NCBI GenBank assembly: GCA_965218945.1
Contig: OZ244718.1
Span: forward strand, 753,522 to 817,521
Direction of reading: 5' to 3'
Source of the DNA: Dehalococcoidia bacterium
GTDB taxonomy: Bacteria; Chloroflexota; Dehalococcoidia; Lucifugimonadales; UBA2985
DNA: 64,000 nucleotides
The notes beneath the pieces are model-generated. The model saw nothing but the letters and a program-made list of their open reading frames with translations. It searched no databases and was not told the DNA's origin. Positions 10,055 through 17,829 of the stretch are shown here, piece after piece (the first letter of the stretch is position 1; the number at the start of each line of letters is the position of its first letter). The translations under genes and the position numbers were made by a program.

Positions 10055-10423
10055 CTACCCCATGCTGTGCCCCAAGTCCGAGAAGGACACCAGTCCGACC
10101 AGCTTGCCGTCCTCCACCAGCGGCAGACGCTTGATCTTCCTGGACACCATCATGTGAGCGGCGACCTGAATCTCCGTGGCCGGCGATTCCGTAATGACGG
10201 GGCTGCTCATGTGGCGGGACACCTGGCACTCCGAGGGGCTGTGGCCCTCGCCCAGGCAGCCGACCAGCAGGTCGCGGTCGGTGACGATACCCTCCAGGGA
10301 GTCGCCGCTGACCACCAGCAGACACCCGATGTTCGCTCCCCTCATGCGCTTGGCCGCGTCGGTCACGGACTCATTTCCGCCGGTGGTTACCACTTCAGTC
10401 TTCATCACCTCTTTGAGCTGCAT
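10055..10423 (-). CDS. CBS-domain pair protein
   Basis: Internal ATG at 10423 preceded by gacAGGAGGtgaac. MQLKEVMKTEVVTTGGNESVTDAAKRMRGANIGCLLVV...GIVTDRDLL...KIKRLPLVEDGKLVGLVSFSDL is a typical tandem CBS protein. The longer 222-aa track ORF is an upstream read-through. Confidence 0.8.
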   Translation of the reverse strand: MQLKEVMKTEVVTTGGNESVTDAAKRMRGANIGCLLVVSGDSLEGIVTDRDLLVGCLGEGHSPSECQVSRHMSSPVITESPATEIQVAAHMMVSRKIKRLPLVEDGKLVGLVSFSDLGHSMG

Positions 10424-10452
10424 GTTCACCTCCTGTCTTTCTATATTGTATT

Positions 10453-10581
10453 CTACACCGACTTGAGGGGTATGGCTAACCGAAGGAGAGTGGCCGCCAG
10501 TGGAAACTGCATTTTCAGCAAGCGTTGGCAATGCGGGCGAGCGGTGAGAAAGAAAAGATTGGAGTCGAACAGAAGCCTCAT
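10453..10581 (-). pseudogene. Truncated DUF5615-like (PIN-like) toxin remnant
   Basis: Its ATG overlaps the DUF433 stop (ATGA at 10581-10578). It encodes MRLLFDSNLFFLTARPHCQRLLKMQF..., only 42 aa. The MRLLFDxNL start matches DUF5615 toxins, which are about 110 aa. Confidence 0.45.
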
Positions 10582-10805
10582 GCGGGAGGCAGGGACACCA
10601 GCCGGCGCTCTCGATCCGCCGCGAAGGCCAGGGACGCTCGGATGTCTTCCCGCTCCAGGTCCGGGAAATCGGCCAGGATTTCCTCCTCGGACATGCCGGA
10701 TGCCAGGTACTCCAGCACGTCATACACGGTGATTCGGAGGTCGCGGATGCACGGCTTCCCGCCGCGCCTTCCCGGGTCTATGGTTATGATCTTTGAGTAC
10801 TCCAT
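10578..10805 (-). CDS. DUF433 domain protein (antitoxin-like)
   Basis: Internal ATG at 10805. MEYSKIITIDPGRRGGKPCIRDLRITVYDVLEYLASGMSEEEILADFPDLEREDIRASLAFAA matches the DUF433 pattern. Confidence 0.75.
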   Translation of the reverse strand: MEYSKIITIDPGRRGGKPCIRDLRITVYDVLEYLASGMSEEEILADFPDLEREDIRASLAFAADRERRLVSLPPA

Positions 10806-10912
10806 CAGCGTCTCTAGCCCCTCTTCCGACGATAACGCTATTCTAGCATAACCCGGGATCATTGATGTGCTTAGCGACTTTCCAGAACCAGTACGCCTTA
10901 TCGACAAATACG

Positions 10913-10994
10913 CCCACGTTAACCGCTCTCATGCGCTTGGCGGAGTCGGTCATGGCCGCTCCCGGCCCGCAGTGATCACTTCAGTCTTCATCAC
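10913..10994 (-). pseudogene. Frameshifted fragment of a second CBS-domain gene (5' end only)
   Basis: The reverse strand reads gtgATGAAGACTGAAGTGATCACT...GACTCCGCCAAGCGCATGAGAGCGGTTAACGTGGG. This parallels MKTEVVTT...DAAKRMRGANIG of the intact gene (about 10331-10411) but has an internal frame break and then loses similarity. Confidence 0.55.
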
Positions 10995-11030
10995 ATCTGT
11001 TTATATATATGTTAGGAATAGGCCGGGCAA

Positions 11031-11064
11031 AGTTACTGTCGCTATGTTATGCTAATTTCAAAGG
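11031..11064 (+). promoter_or_regulatory. Promoter-like motif GGCCGGGCAAA-N11-TATGTTATGCTA upstream of msrB
   Basis: Shares both half-motifs and the exact 11-nt spacing with 12442-12475. The TATGCT hexamer is -10-like. Lies 87 nt upstream of the msrB ATG. Confidence 0.3.
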
Positions 11065-11150
11065 TCGCTACTGATGGTCTTCATTGCGTTGCAGATCAGC
11101 GCACGTGGAGACGCAGTGAGATAACCTGGTTAAGGAAGGAGAGTGGAGAG

Positions 11151-11531
11151 ATGGCTGAAGTAGACAAGACCACCTACAACCCACTGACACCCGAGGAGTC
11201 CTACGTCATCGAAAAGAAGGGCACGGAGCGCCCCTTCAGCGGGGAGTACGACGACTTCTACGAGCCGGGCGTTTACATCTGCCGGAGGTGTAACGCCGAG
11301 TTGTACCGCTCCGACGACAAGTTCGACGCCAGGTGCGGCTGGCCTGCCTTCGACAAGGAGGCGCCGGGCGCCGTCAAACGCCTGCCCGACCCGGACGGCA
11401 TGCGCATCGAGATCGAGTGTGCCAGTTGCGGAGGCCACCTTGGACACGTGTTCCTTGGCGAGCGTTTAACCTCAACCAACACCCGCCACTGCGTAAACTC
11501 GCTGTCGATGAAGTTCGTGGCGTCGTCCTAG
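11151..11531 (+). CDS. msrB: Peptide-methionine (R)-S-oxide reductase
   Basis: ATG at 11151 after aaGGAAGGAGagtggagag. Contains YICRRCNAELYRSDDKFDARCGWPAF, CASCGGHLGHVF and RHCVNS, i.e. the MsrB zinc CxxC pairs and catalytic region. Confidence 0.9.
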   Translation: MAEVDKTTYNPLTPEESYVIEKKGTERPFSGEYDDFYEPGVYICRRCNAELYRSDDKFDARCGWPAFDKEAPGAVKRLPDPDGMRIEIECASCGGHLGHVFLGERLTSTNTRHCVNSLSMKFVASS

Positions 11532-11610
11532 CGCGTCCCTGCATCTGACGGAGCAACTCAAGAGTGAATGGGCAGAGGAGAACTGTCTCGCGTAGTACAG
11601 GGCTGCTAAA

Positions 11611-12291
11611 CTAAGTGGAAGGTTGTGCCAATTCTGCGAGTAACGTCTCAGGTGAAACTCCGTGGCCTGCAAGGCAGGCCAGAACGTGCTCGTCGTTCAT
11701 TAGCTTGGTGAGAGCCCTTTGCAGTGTGACAATCGTCGGCTCCGGAGGTTCCGCATGGGATGAAATGGCCCCTTCAAAACGTAACACACTCATGATCCCA
11801 ACGGCCGTCGGATCATCCTCGGGGGCTTCGCGAAAGATACCTACCCCCTTCGGATGACTGTCAGGCTTGTCCGGCGCCGCTTCGCTCACAGGCATAGCCC
11901 TGACAGGTCTAGCCACCGGCCTTACTCTCATGCGATAACTACCCCCGAGTTCGTATACATCAAAAGTGTATTCGAAATCCAGAGAACCCTTGTATCGCGG
12001 GAGCGAGGGAAAAGTCTGAGGCAGGTTCTCCACTGCCCATTTCCTGACCATAGAAACGTCAATGCTTAGCTGGGATGCAAGCAGCGGGTCGGCGTCCCGA
12101 AGCCTGTACAGCGCTGCCCCCAGCGCGTGTACCAAGCACGGGACCTGTTTCATGGCGCCCGCCTCTCGTAGCGCGATGTCGCCTATGACCTTCGCTTCGT
12201 CAAAGTGGTCCAGCGGATTAACCCGGGAAACCGGGGATTCCTCGTGTCGCGCCCCTGGATGAAAAAGACGCCGGAGCAGTCTTGATAGCAT
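11611..12291 (-). CDS. Hypothetical protein, no family recognised
   Basis: 226-aa ORF in a region otherwise free of competing genes. No motif recognised and the start is uncertain. Confidence 0.4.
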   Translation of the reverse strand: MLSRLLRRLFHPGARHEESPVSRVNPLDHFDEAKVIGDIALREAGAMKQVPCLVHALGAALYRLRDADPLLASQLSIDVSMVRKWAVENLPQTFPSLPRYKGSLDFEYTFDVYELGGSYRMRVRPVARPVRAMPVSEAAPDKPDSHPKGVGIFREAPEDDPTAVGIMSVLRFEGAISSHAEPPEPTIVTLQRALTKLMNDEHVLACLAGHGVSPETLLAELAQPST

Positions 12292-12441
12292 GGTCGAACC
12301 TTACCTACGGATAGTTGAATTCACGAGAATAAGTGTGCCATACGCTCCCAAGTAAATCAATTCTGTGTAAATGGCTCTAGCTGGACTTCGCCGTGTTCGG
12401 GAACAAGCCTGACCTCGTTGTGCCTTGCTCTGAACGAAAAC

Positions 12442-12475
12442 GGCCGGGCAAAATCTCCGCCGTTATGATATGCTA
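12442..12475 (+). promoter_or_regulatory. Promoter-like motif GGCCGGGCAAA-N11-TATGATATGCTA upstream of the fused CoA-transferase
   Basis: Second copy of the motif at 11031-11064. Lies 46 nt upstream of ATG 12521. Confidence 0.3.
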
Positions 12476-12520
12476 CCCCGAAACATCCTTCCAGGAAGAC
12501 TTGTTTCAGGAGCGCTACCT

Positions 12521-15127
12521 ATGCAAGAAAACCAGGACACACAGCCACTCTCCGGCCTTCGAGTAATAGACCTGACCCACGGCATCTCCGGCCCGTACTG
12601 CACCAAGCTGCTGGCTGATTTCGGGGCCAACGTGATAAAGGTGGAGAAGCCAGGGACGGGTGACTACGCCCGAACCCTCGGCCCATTCCCACAGGACGTT
12701 TCTCACCCTGAGAAGAGCGGCATCTTTCTGTTCCTGAACACCAACAAAAGAAGCGTTACAATCGATCTCAAGACCTCCGAGGGAGTGGAGGCGCTGAAGA
12801 GGCTGGCGAAGGACGCCGACGTCCTGGTGGAGAGCTTCAAGCCCGGCGAGATGGACGAGCTTGGCCTTGGCTACGATACCCTGCACGAGATCAACCCAGA
12901 CCTGATATACACCTCAGTATCCAACTTCGGGCAGACCGGCCCGTACAAGGACTATGTGGGGTCGGAGCTTACCCTGTACGCAATGGGCGGCAGGATGACC
13001 TCCTCCGGCCTGCCGGACCTGTACCCGCTGAAGCTGGGTGGCAACCACGTCCAGTACCAGGCGGGGAACAACGCTGCTATGGCAACCATGTTCGCATGGT
13101 ACGGACGAAAGTACCAGGGCTTGGGCGGCCAGCAGGTGGACGTCTCCATCTTCGAGTCGCAAATGGCCTCCATCAACGGTCGCCTGCTTGGCCTCCTCAT
13201 GTACCAGTACAACGGTGATCGCGGCAAGCGGCTGGGCGGCATTCGACAGGGTTACCCCTCCGGTCCGTATCCCTGCGGTGACGGATATATCCACGTCTCC
13301 GGTGGAGGGCAGAGATGGCCCCTGGCTGTGGCTACCCTCGGTATGCCGGAGCTTCTGGACGACCCTCGATTCGCTCCTCCTATGGGGCAGTTGGACATGG
13401 ACGCTCGGGAGGAGTTCGAGATGACAATCTGGCTGCCGTGGCTCCTGGAGAGAACGCAGGAGCAGGTTGTGGAGGAAGGGCAGGCCAACGGACTTCTCAT
13501 AACCCCCTTACTCACTTTGGACAAGGTGGTGGAAAACCCGCAGATGGACGCCAGAGGGTATTTTCTGGAGATAGAGCACCCGGTGGCAGGAAAGTTCCGC
13601 TATCCCGGAGCGCCCGTCTACACCAACGACGACTGGTGGGTGATACGCAGGCCGGCGCCCATGCTGGGCCAGCACAACACCGAGGTTCTTCGGGATGAGC
13701 TTGGCTACTCCGACGAAGCCGTGAGTCGCATGACCGGGGTAGAAGGCTCTGCGGGGACCACCGGCGGCGTTTCCGGCGCTACGTCTTCCGCAGGACGCTC
13801 GGCAGCTGCGCCCTCCACCAAGAGTGGAAACGGGAAGAAGAAGCTGCCCCTGGAGGGTGTTCGGATAACCGACATGACGGTCATCTACGCCGGCCCCTAC
13901 GCAACGATGTTCCTCGGCGATATGGGCGCAGAGGTGATTCGCGTTGAGTCCCTCAACCAGCTTCCGGCCACCAGCCGCGGCCAGTTCGCCAGACCAAGCA
14001 AAGAGTCCCAGGCAAAGGCGGCCACCTCGCCATACCCGGACCGTGATCCGGGCGAGCGCCCCTGGAACCGCTTTGGAGGCTTCACCCAGCACTCTCGCAA
14101 CAAGCACGGAATCAGCCTGGACCTGACAGGGCCCGGCGGCCTCGAGACGTTCCGGCGCCTCATTGAGGTGAGCGACATCTTCATTGAGAACAACGCCTTT
14201 GGTTCCATGGACCGTCTGGGCGTATCCTGGCCGACGGTCAGCCAGTGGAACCCCAGACTCATAATGATCTCCGCTACGGGCTTCGGGCAGACCGGCCCCT
14301 GGAACTACTACCGGGGAATCGGAAGCCAGTTTGAGGCCGCCACCGGCCACGCTTCCGTCACCGGCTACCCCAACATGGACGCCGAGGGAATCCCGGGCTC
14401 CGTCGCTTCCGACGCCTCTACCGGCGTCACCCTGGCTATTGCGGCGGTCATGGCGCTACACCAGCGCGAGAAGACGGGCAGGGGAGTGCGCTTGGACGTG
14501 GCCCTTGGGGAGAACTTCATGCCGCACCTGGGCGAGCTGTTCATGGACTACACCATCAACGGCCGTGTGGCGTCCTCGCCGGGCAACCGCGATCCCTGGT
14601 TTGTCCAGGGCGCATACAAGTGTGCTGGGGACGACGAATGGATCGCCATCTCCATCGGCAGGATCGAGCAGTGGCACGCGCTCTGCCGGGTGATGGGTCG
14701 CCCGGAGCTGGTTGAAGACGAGCGATTCGAGGACATGACCAGCCTGCGAACCCATCACGACGACTTCGACCGCATAGTCGGGGAGTGGACCGTCGACAAG
14801 GACCCGATTGAGCTGTTCCACACGCTTCAGAAGGAGGGTGTCTTAGCCGGGCCGCTGCTTCACGAAATCCACGCCTTCAACGACCCCCATCTGAAGGAGA
14901 GAGGCTTCTTTGTGGAGGTCACGGCTCCGGAGGTGGGCACGCACCTGTATCCCAGCACCACCTTCAAGATGTCCGAGACACCCTTCGAGGTGCGCAAGCC
15001 TCCCGTGCGGTTGGGAGAGGACAACGACTACGTGTACCGCGAGGTCATTGGGCTGACAGAGGAGGAGTACGACCGGCTGAAGGCGGCGGGCCAGATAGGG
15101 ATGGACTACGCCCCCCACGTGGTGTAA
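12521..15127 (+). CDS. Tandem fusion of two family III CoA-transferase modules
   Basis: ATG at 12521 (caGGAGcg upstream). Module 1 reads LSGLRVIDLTHGISGPYCTKLLADFGANVIKVEKPGTGD...MLGQHNTEVL. A Gly/Ser/Ala-rich linker GVEGSAGTTGGVSGATSSAGRSAAAPSTKSGNGKKK follows (about 13736-13843). Module 2 reads LPLEGVRITDMTVIYAGPYATMFLGDMGAEVIRVES... Confidence 0.85.
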   Translation: MQENQDTQPLSGLRVIDLTHGISGPYCTKLLADFGANVIKVEKPGTGDYARTLGPFPQDVSHPEKSGIFLFLNTNKRSVTIDLKTSEGVEALKRLAKDADVLVESFKPGEMDELGLGYDTLHEINPDLIYTSVSNFGQTGPYKDYVGSELTLYAMGGRMTSSGLPDLYPLKLGGNHVQYQAGNNAAMATMFAWYGRKYQGLGGQQVDVSIFESQMASINGRLLGLLMYQYNGDRGKRLGGIRQGYPSGPYPCGDGYIHVSGGGQRWPLAVATLGMPELLDDPRFAPPMGQLDMDAREEFEMTIWLPWLLERTQEQVVEEGQANGLLITPLLTLDKVVENPQMDARGYFLEIEHPVAGKFRYPGAPVYTNDDWWVIRRPAPMLGQHNTEVLRDELGYSDEAVSRMTGVEGSAGTTGGVSGATSSAGRSAAAPSTKSGNGKKKLPLEGVRITDMTVIYAGPYATMFLGDMGAEVIRVESLNQLPATSRGQFARPSKESQAKAATSPYPDRDPGERPWNRFGGFTQHSRNKHGISLDLTGPGGLETFRRLIEVSDIFIENNAFGSMDRLGVSWPTVSQWNPRLIMISATGFGQTGPWNYYRGIGSQFEAATGHASVTGYPNMDAEGIPGSVASDASTGVTLAIAAVMALHQREKTGRGVRLDVALGENFMPHLGELFMDYTINGRVASSPGNRDPWFVQGAYKCAGDDEWIAISIGRIEQWHALCRVMGRPELVEDERFEDMTSLRTHHDDFDRIVGEWTVDKDPIELFHTLQKEGVLAGPLLHEIHAFNDPHLKERGFFVEVTAPEVGTHLYPSTTFKMSETPFEVRKPPVRLGEDNDYVYREVIGLTEEEYDRLKAAGQIGMDYAPHVV

Positions 15128-15133
15128 CCCGCG

Positions 15134-15802
15134 CTAGCGAAAGAGCGCCTGCGCCCCCTGCCCTATGCCAAGCTCCTGTGCCAGGCCGGCGTTCATCTCA
15201 ATGGCGTACCTGGCGGGCTCGGCGGAGCGGTAGACGGTCAGCTCAGAGTCCGGCGCGTCAACCTGTGGCGTCATGGTCTGCACGTCGACCACTACTCCGT
15301 TGGAGTCCAAGTACAGGATGTCCAATGGAATGAGGGTGTTCTTCATCCAGAATCCCCGGTAGGCTTCCTCCTGGAATATGAAGAGCATGGCAGAGTCCTG
15401 CGCCAGGTTTTCGCGATTCATAAGCCCTCGCGCCCGCTCCGCCGGAGTGCGCGCCACCTCCAGCCGGAAGATCCGCCCACCTAGAAGCGCCTCCTGAACG
15501 TCCCCAATCCCATCGGCAGGGTCCGGTGCAACAAAGCCGGCCAGCACATCGGGGGTGGGTGTGTTTGTTGGATGGACTGTGGCCGTTGGGAGGGACGCGA
15601 CAGTGGGCAGCGATGCGACGGTGGGTAGGGGCGCTACTGTGGGCAGAGGTGTGACGGTGGGCAGCGATGCGACAGTGGGCAGAGGCGCGACGGTAGGGCC
15701 AGGGACGTTCGCGGGCGTTTGAGTCGCACGATTCCCGTCGCAGGCCGCGGCAAGGATGGCTATGGCCGCCAGGCAAAGGCTCACTGCCGCTACTCGCCTC
15801 AA
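15134..15802 (-). CDS. DUF192 domain lipoprotein with a PLPTVA-repeat linker
   Basis: The C-terminal half (RGLMNRENLAQDSAMLFIF...MKNTLIPLDILYLDSNGVVV) matches DUF192. A probable TTG start at 15802 gives the lipoprotein signal (M)RRVAAVSLCLAAIAILAAAC. The track ORF extends to 15913. Confidence 0.7.
   Translation of the reverse strand: MRRVAAVSLCLAAIAILAAACDGNRATQTPANVPGPTVAPLPTVASLPTVTPLPTVAPLPTVASLPTVASLPTATVHPTNTPTPDVLAGFVAPDPADGIGDVQEALLGGRIFRLEVARTPAERARGLMNRENLAQDSAMLFIFQEEAYRGFWMKNTLIPLDILYLDSNGVVVDVQTMTPQVDAPDSELTVYRSAEPARYAIEMNAGLAQELGIGQGAQALFR
15581..15706. repeat. Seven tandem 18-bp units inside the DUF192 gene
   Basis: Plus-strand units such as gacagtgggcagcgatgc / gacggtgggtaggggcgc / gacggtgggcagcgatgc. 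They encode (P/S)LPTV(A/T) x7 on the minus strand. Confidence 0.9.
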
Positions 15803-15925
15803 CTCGACTGCCTTTTGCAGAACATGGTCGCGGTATTCTAGCAGGAACAAGGGCCATAACCCATCATGCCTCCTGACTATTTCATCGTCACTACCGCCTC
15901 CTTGCGTGATCAATTGTGGTTCTCC

Positions 15926-15953
15926 GTAGGGGCGCTTCGCGGAGCTTGTCTCA
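15926..15953. repeat. IS left terminal inverted repeat
   Basis: gtaggggcgcttcgcggagcttgtctca; the reverse complement of 17583-17610 differs only by ct/tc. Confidence 0.85.
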
Positions 15954-16022
15954 GAAGTCAGGCGGGGTGTAATAAGTTAGGGTATAGTTGGAAGTGACAA
16001 CCGCCGCTGGAGGACTAAAGAT

Positions 16023-17585
16023 ATGCCACTGCGTCCGATGGGTCGAGAGCAATCTTGGATACTGCCTCCCAGTCTTGATGAGTTGGTGCCGGCAGACCAT
16101 CCGGTGCGATTTGTAGCGGAGTTCGTGGACGGCTTGAGTCGTGAGGAGTGGTTGGAAATGGGGATTGACGTGGATGGGGGTTTGATGGGAGCGCCGTCCT
16201 ATCATCCCAGGGCGCTTCTTGGGGCGTGGCTGTACGGATTCATGCGAGGGGTGCGTTCGAGTCGGAAGCTGGAGGCAGCGTGTCGGGAACAGATACCCTT
16301 TCTGTGGCTGAGCGGGCGACAGTGTCCGGACCACAACACCCTGTGGCGGTTCTACAAGGGAAATCGGCAGGAGATGCGGAGGCTGCTTAAGCGAACGGTG
16401 AAGACGGCTGTGAGTCTGGAACTGGTGGAGTTGGCCCTGCAGGCGGTGGACGGCACGAAGGTGTGGGCGAACGCCAGTGGGGACAGGACCCTGGATGCGG
16501 AAGGTCTGAGGCGATTGCTGGAGCGGGTGGAGAAGGCCATAGAGGATATGGAGGCTCAGAACGAGGGTGGAGGGGAAGGCGGACCGGCACAGATGCCGCC
16601 GGAGTTGTCGGAGAAGATGGAGTTGAGAGAGCGGGTGCGTAGAGCGATGAAGGAGCTTGAGGAGGATGAGGGTTCCAACCGGGTGAACCTCACCGACGGG
16701 GACGCTCGGCTGATGAAGGGGCGAGAGAGGATAGGCCCTGGGTACAACGCCCAGGCGATGGTGTCGCCCACGGAGAGCGAAGCGGGGACTAAGGGTATGT
16801 TGATAACGGCGGTGGCGGTGACGACCGCCCCCAACGACCACTCGCAGTTGGTTCCGATGCTGGAGGTGGCGGAGGAGACGACGGGTGTCAGGGCTGAGGT
16901 GACGTTGGCGGATGCGGGCTATCATTCGGGGATCAACCTGGAGGAAGGCGAAGTAAGGGGGCAGCAGGTGATGATGCCGGAGTCGCAGCAACGAGCGCTT
17001 TCGCACCCTTACCACAAGGACCGGTTCATCTACGACGAGGAGAGGGACAGCTACGAGTGTCCCCATGGGGAGCGTCTGCGGTTCACGCGGATGAAGAGCA
17101 CGCGAGGGGTGCTGATGCGTCTGTACCGCTCCTCTGGGAAGGTGTGTCGGAGGTGTCCTGCCTTTGGGGTGTGCACAGTAGATGGTCGTCACGGGCGAGC
17201 CATTGAAGCGGGTCCCCACGAAGGGGCACTGCGTCGTCACAGAGAGTTGATGCTCACGCACCGGGCCAAGGAGAGCTACTGGCGCAGGAAGGGCCTCGTA
17301 GAGCCGGTCTTCGGGATTATCAAGGAGCAGTTGGGAGTGCGGAGGTTCCTTTTGCGGGGTCTTCAGAACGTGTCGGCCGAGTGGTCGCTGCTGGGGGTGG
17401 CCTTCAACCTGCGCACCCTGTGGAAGGCGTGGGCTGACCGGGGTATACGGAACAGGGGGGCCCGGACCAAGCATATTCCAAAGAGCAAACTCAGCCCACC
17501 GTGGGCTGTCATACCTACATTTGGCGCATACCCTCTTGCCTTACCCAGCCGGACCATCTACCTTATCCCCCAACCAGACCTGTGA
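16023..17585 (+). CDS. IS1182-family (IS5-like, DUF772 N-terminus) DDE transposase
   Basis: N-terminus LPPSLDELVPADHPVRFVAEFVD...HPRALLGAWLYGFMRGVRSSRKLEAACREQIPFLWL. C-terminal Cys cluster CPHGERL...CRRCPAFGVCT. The stop codon lies inside the right IR. Confidence 0.85.
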   Translation: MPLRPMGREQSWILPPSLDELVPADHPVRFVAEFVDGLSREEWLEMGIDVDGGLMGAPSYHPRALLGAWLYGFMRGVRSSRKLEAACREQIPFLWLSGRQCPDHNTLWRFYKGNRQEMRRLLKRTVKTAVSLELVELALQAVDGTKVWANASGDRTLDAEGLRRLLERVEKAIEDMEAQNEGGGEGGPAQMPPELSEKMELRERVRRAMKELEEDEGSNRVNLTDGDARLMKGRERIGPGYNAQAMVSPTESEAGTKGMLITAVAVTTAPNDHSQLVPMLEVAEETTGVRAEVTLADAGYHSGINLEEGEVRGQQVMMPESQQRALSHPYHKDRFIYDEERDSYECPHGERLRFTRMKSTRGVLMRLYRSSGKVCRRCPAFGVCTVDGRHGRAIEAGPHEGALRRHRELMLTHRAKESYWRRKGLVEPVFGIIKEQLGVRRFLLRGLQNVSAEWSLLGVAFNLRTLWKAWADRGIRNRGARTKHIPKSKLSPPWAVIPTFGAYPLALPSRTIYLIPQPDL

Positions 17586-17610
17586 GACAGACTCCGCGAA
17601 GCGCCCCTAC
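17583..17610. repeat. IS right terminal inverted repeat
   Basis: tgagacagactccgcgaagcgcccctac. Confidence 0.85.
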
Positions 17611-17829
17611 ACGAAGCGCCCACTGAACGCCCTGAAGAACCTGAAGCGGTGCGCCGGCTTCAACCCAATCACAAAATCCCCCGGGTGTCATAGGCCGGTC
17701 TTAAGAGTTTTGTAATATTTTTCATCTTCCTGCAACCTTACTGGCCTACTATAGACGTAGACGAACTTTAAATGTTGTTCAGACCTTTAGAGCGTCCGGG
17801 TGTATACTGGAAGGACAAGGGAGGGAATG

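Larger units (their letters stand above)
15926..17610 (+). mobile_element. IS1182-family insertion sequence, apparently intact (1685 bp)
   Basis: 28-bp terminal inverted repeats GTAGGGGCGCTTCGCGGAGCTTGTCTCA (15926-15953) and TGAGACAGACTCCGCGAAGCGCCCCTAC (17583-17610) match at 26/28 positions. They flank a single 520-aa transposase. Confidence 0.85.

Noticed and set aside
10424-10723. Long version of the CBS ORF (222 aa from 10723)
   Set aside because: The first 100 codons overlap the DUF433 gene and the toxin remnant and encode no CBS-like sequence. A strong AGGAGG precedes the internal ATG at 10423.
15951-17474. 507-aa minus-strand ORF covering the IS element
   Set aside because: It is antisense to a well-formed IS1182-type transposase, and its product is a low-complexity Pro/His/Arg/Leu string with no domain.
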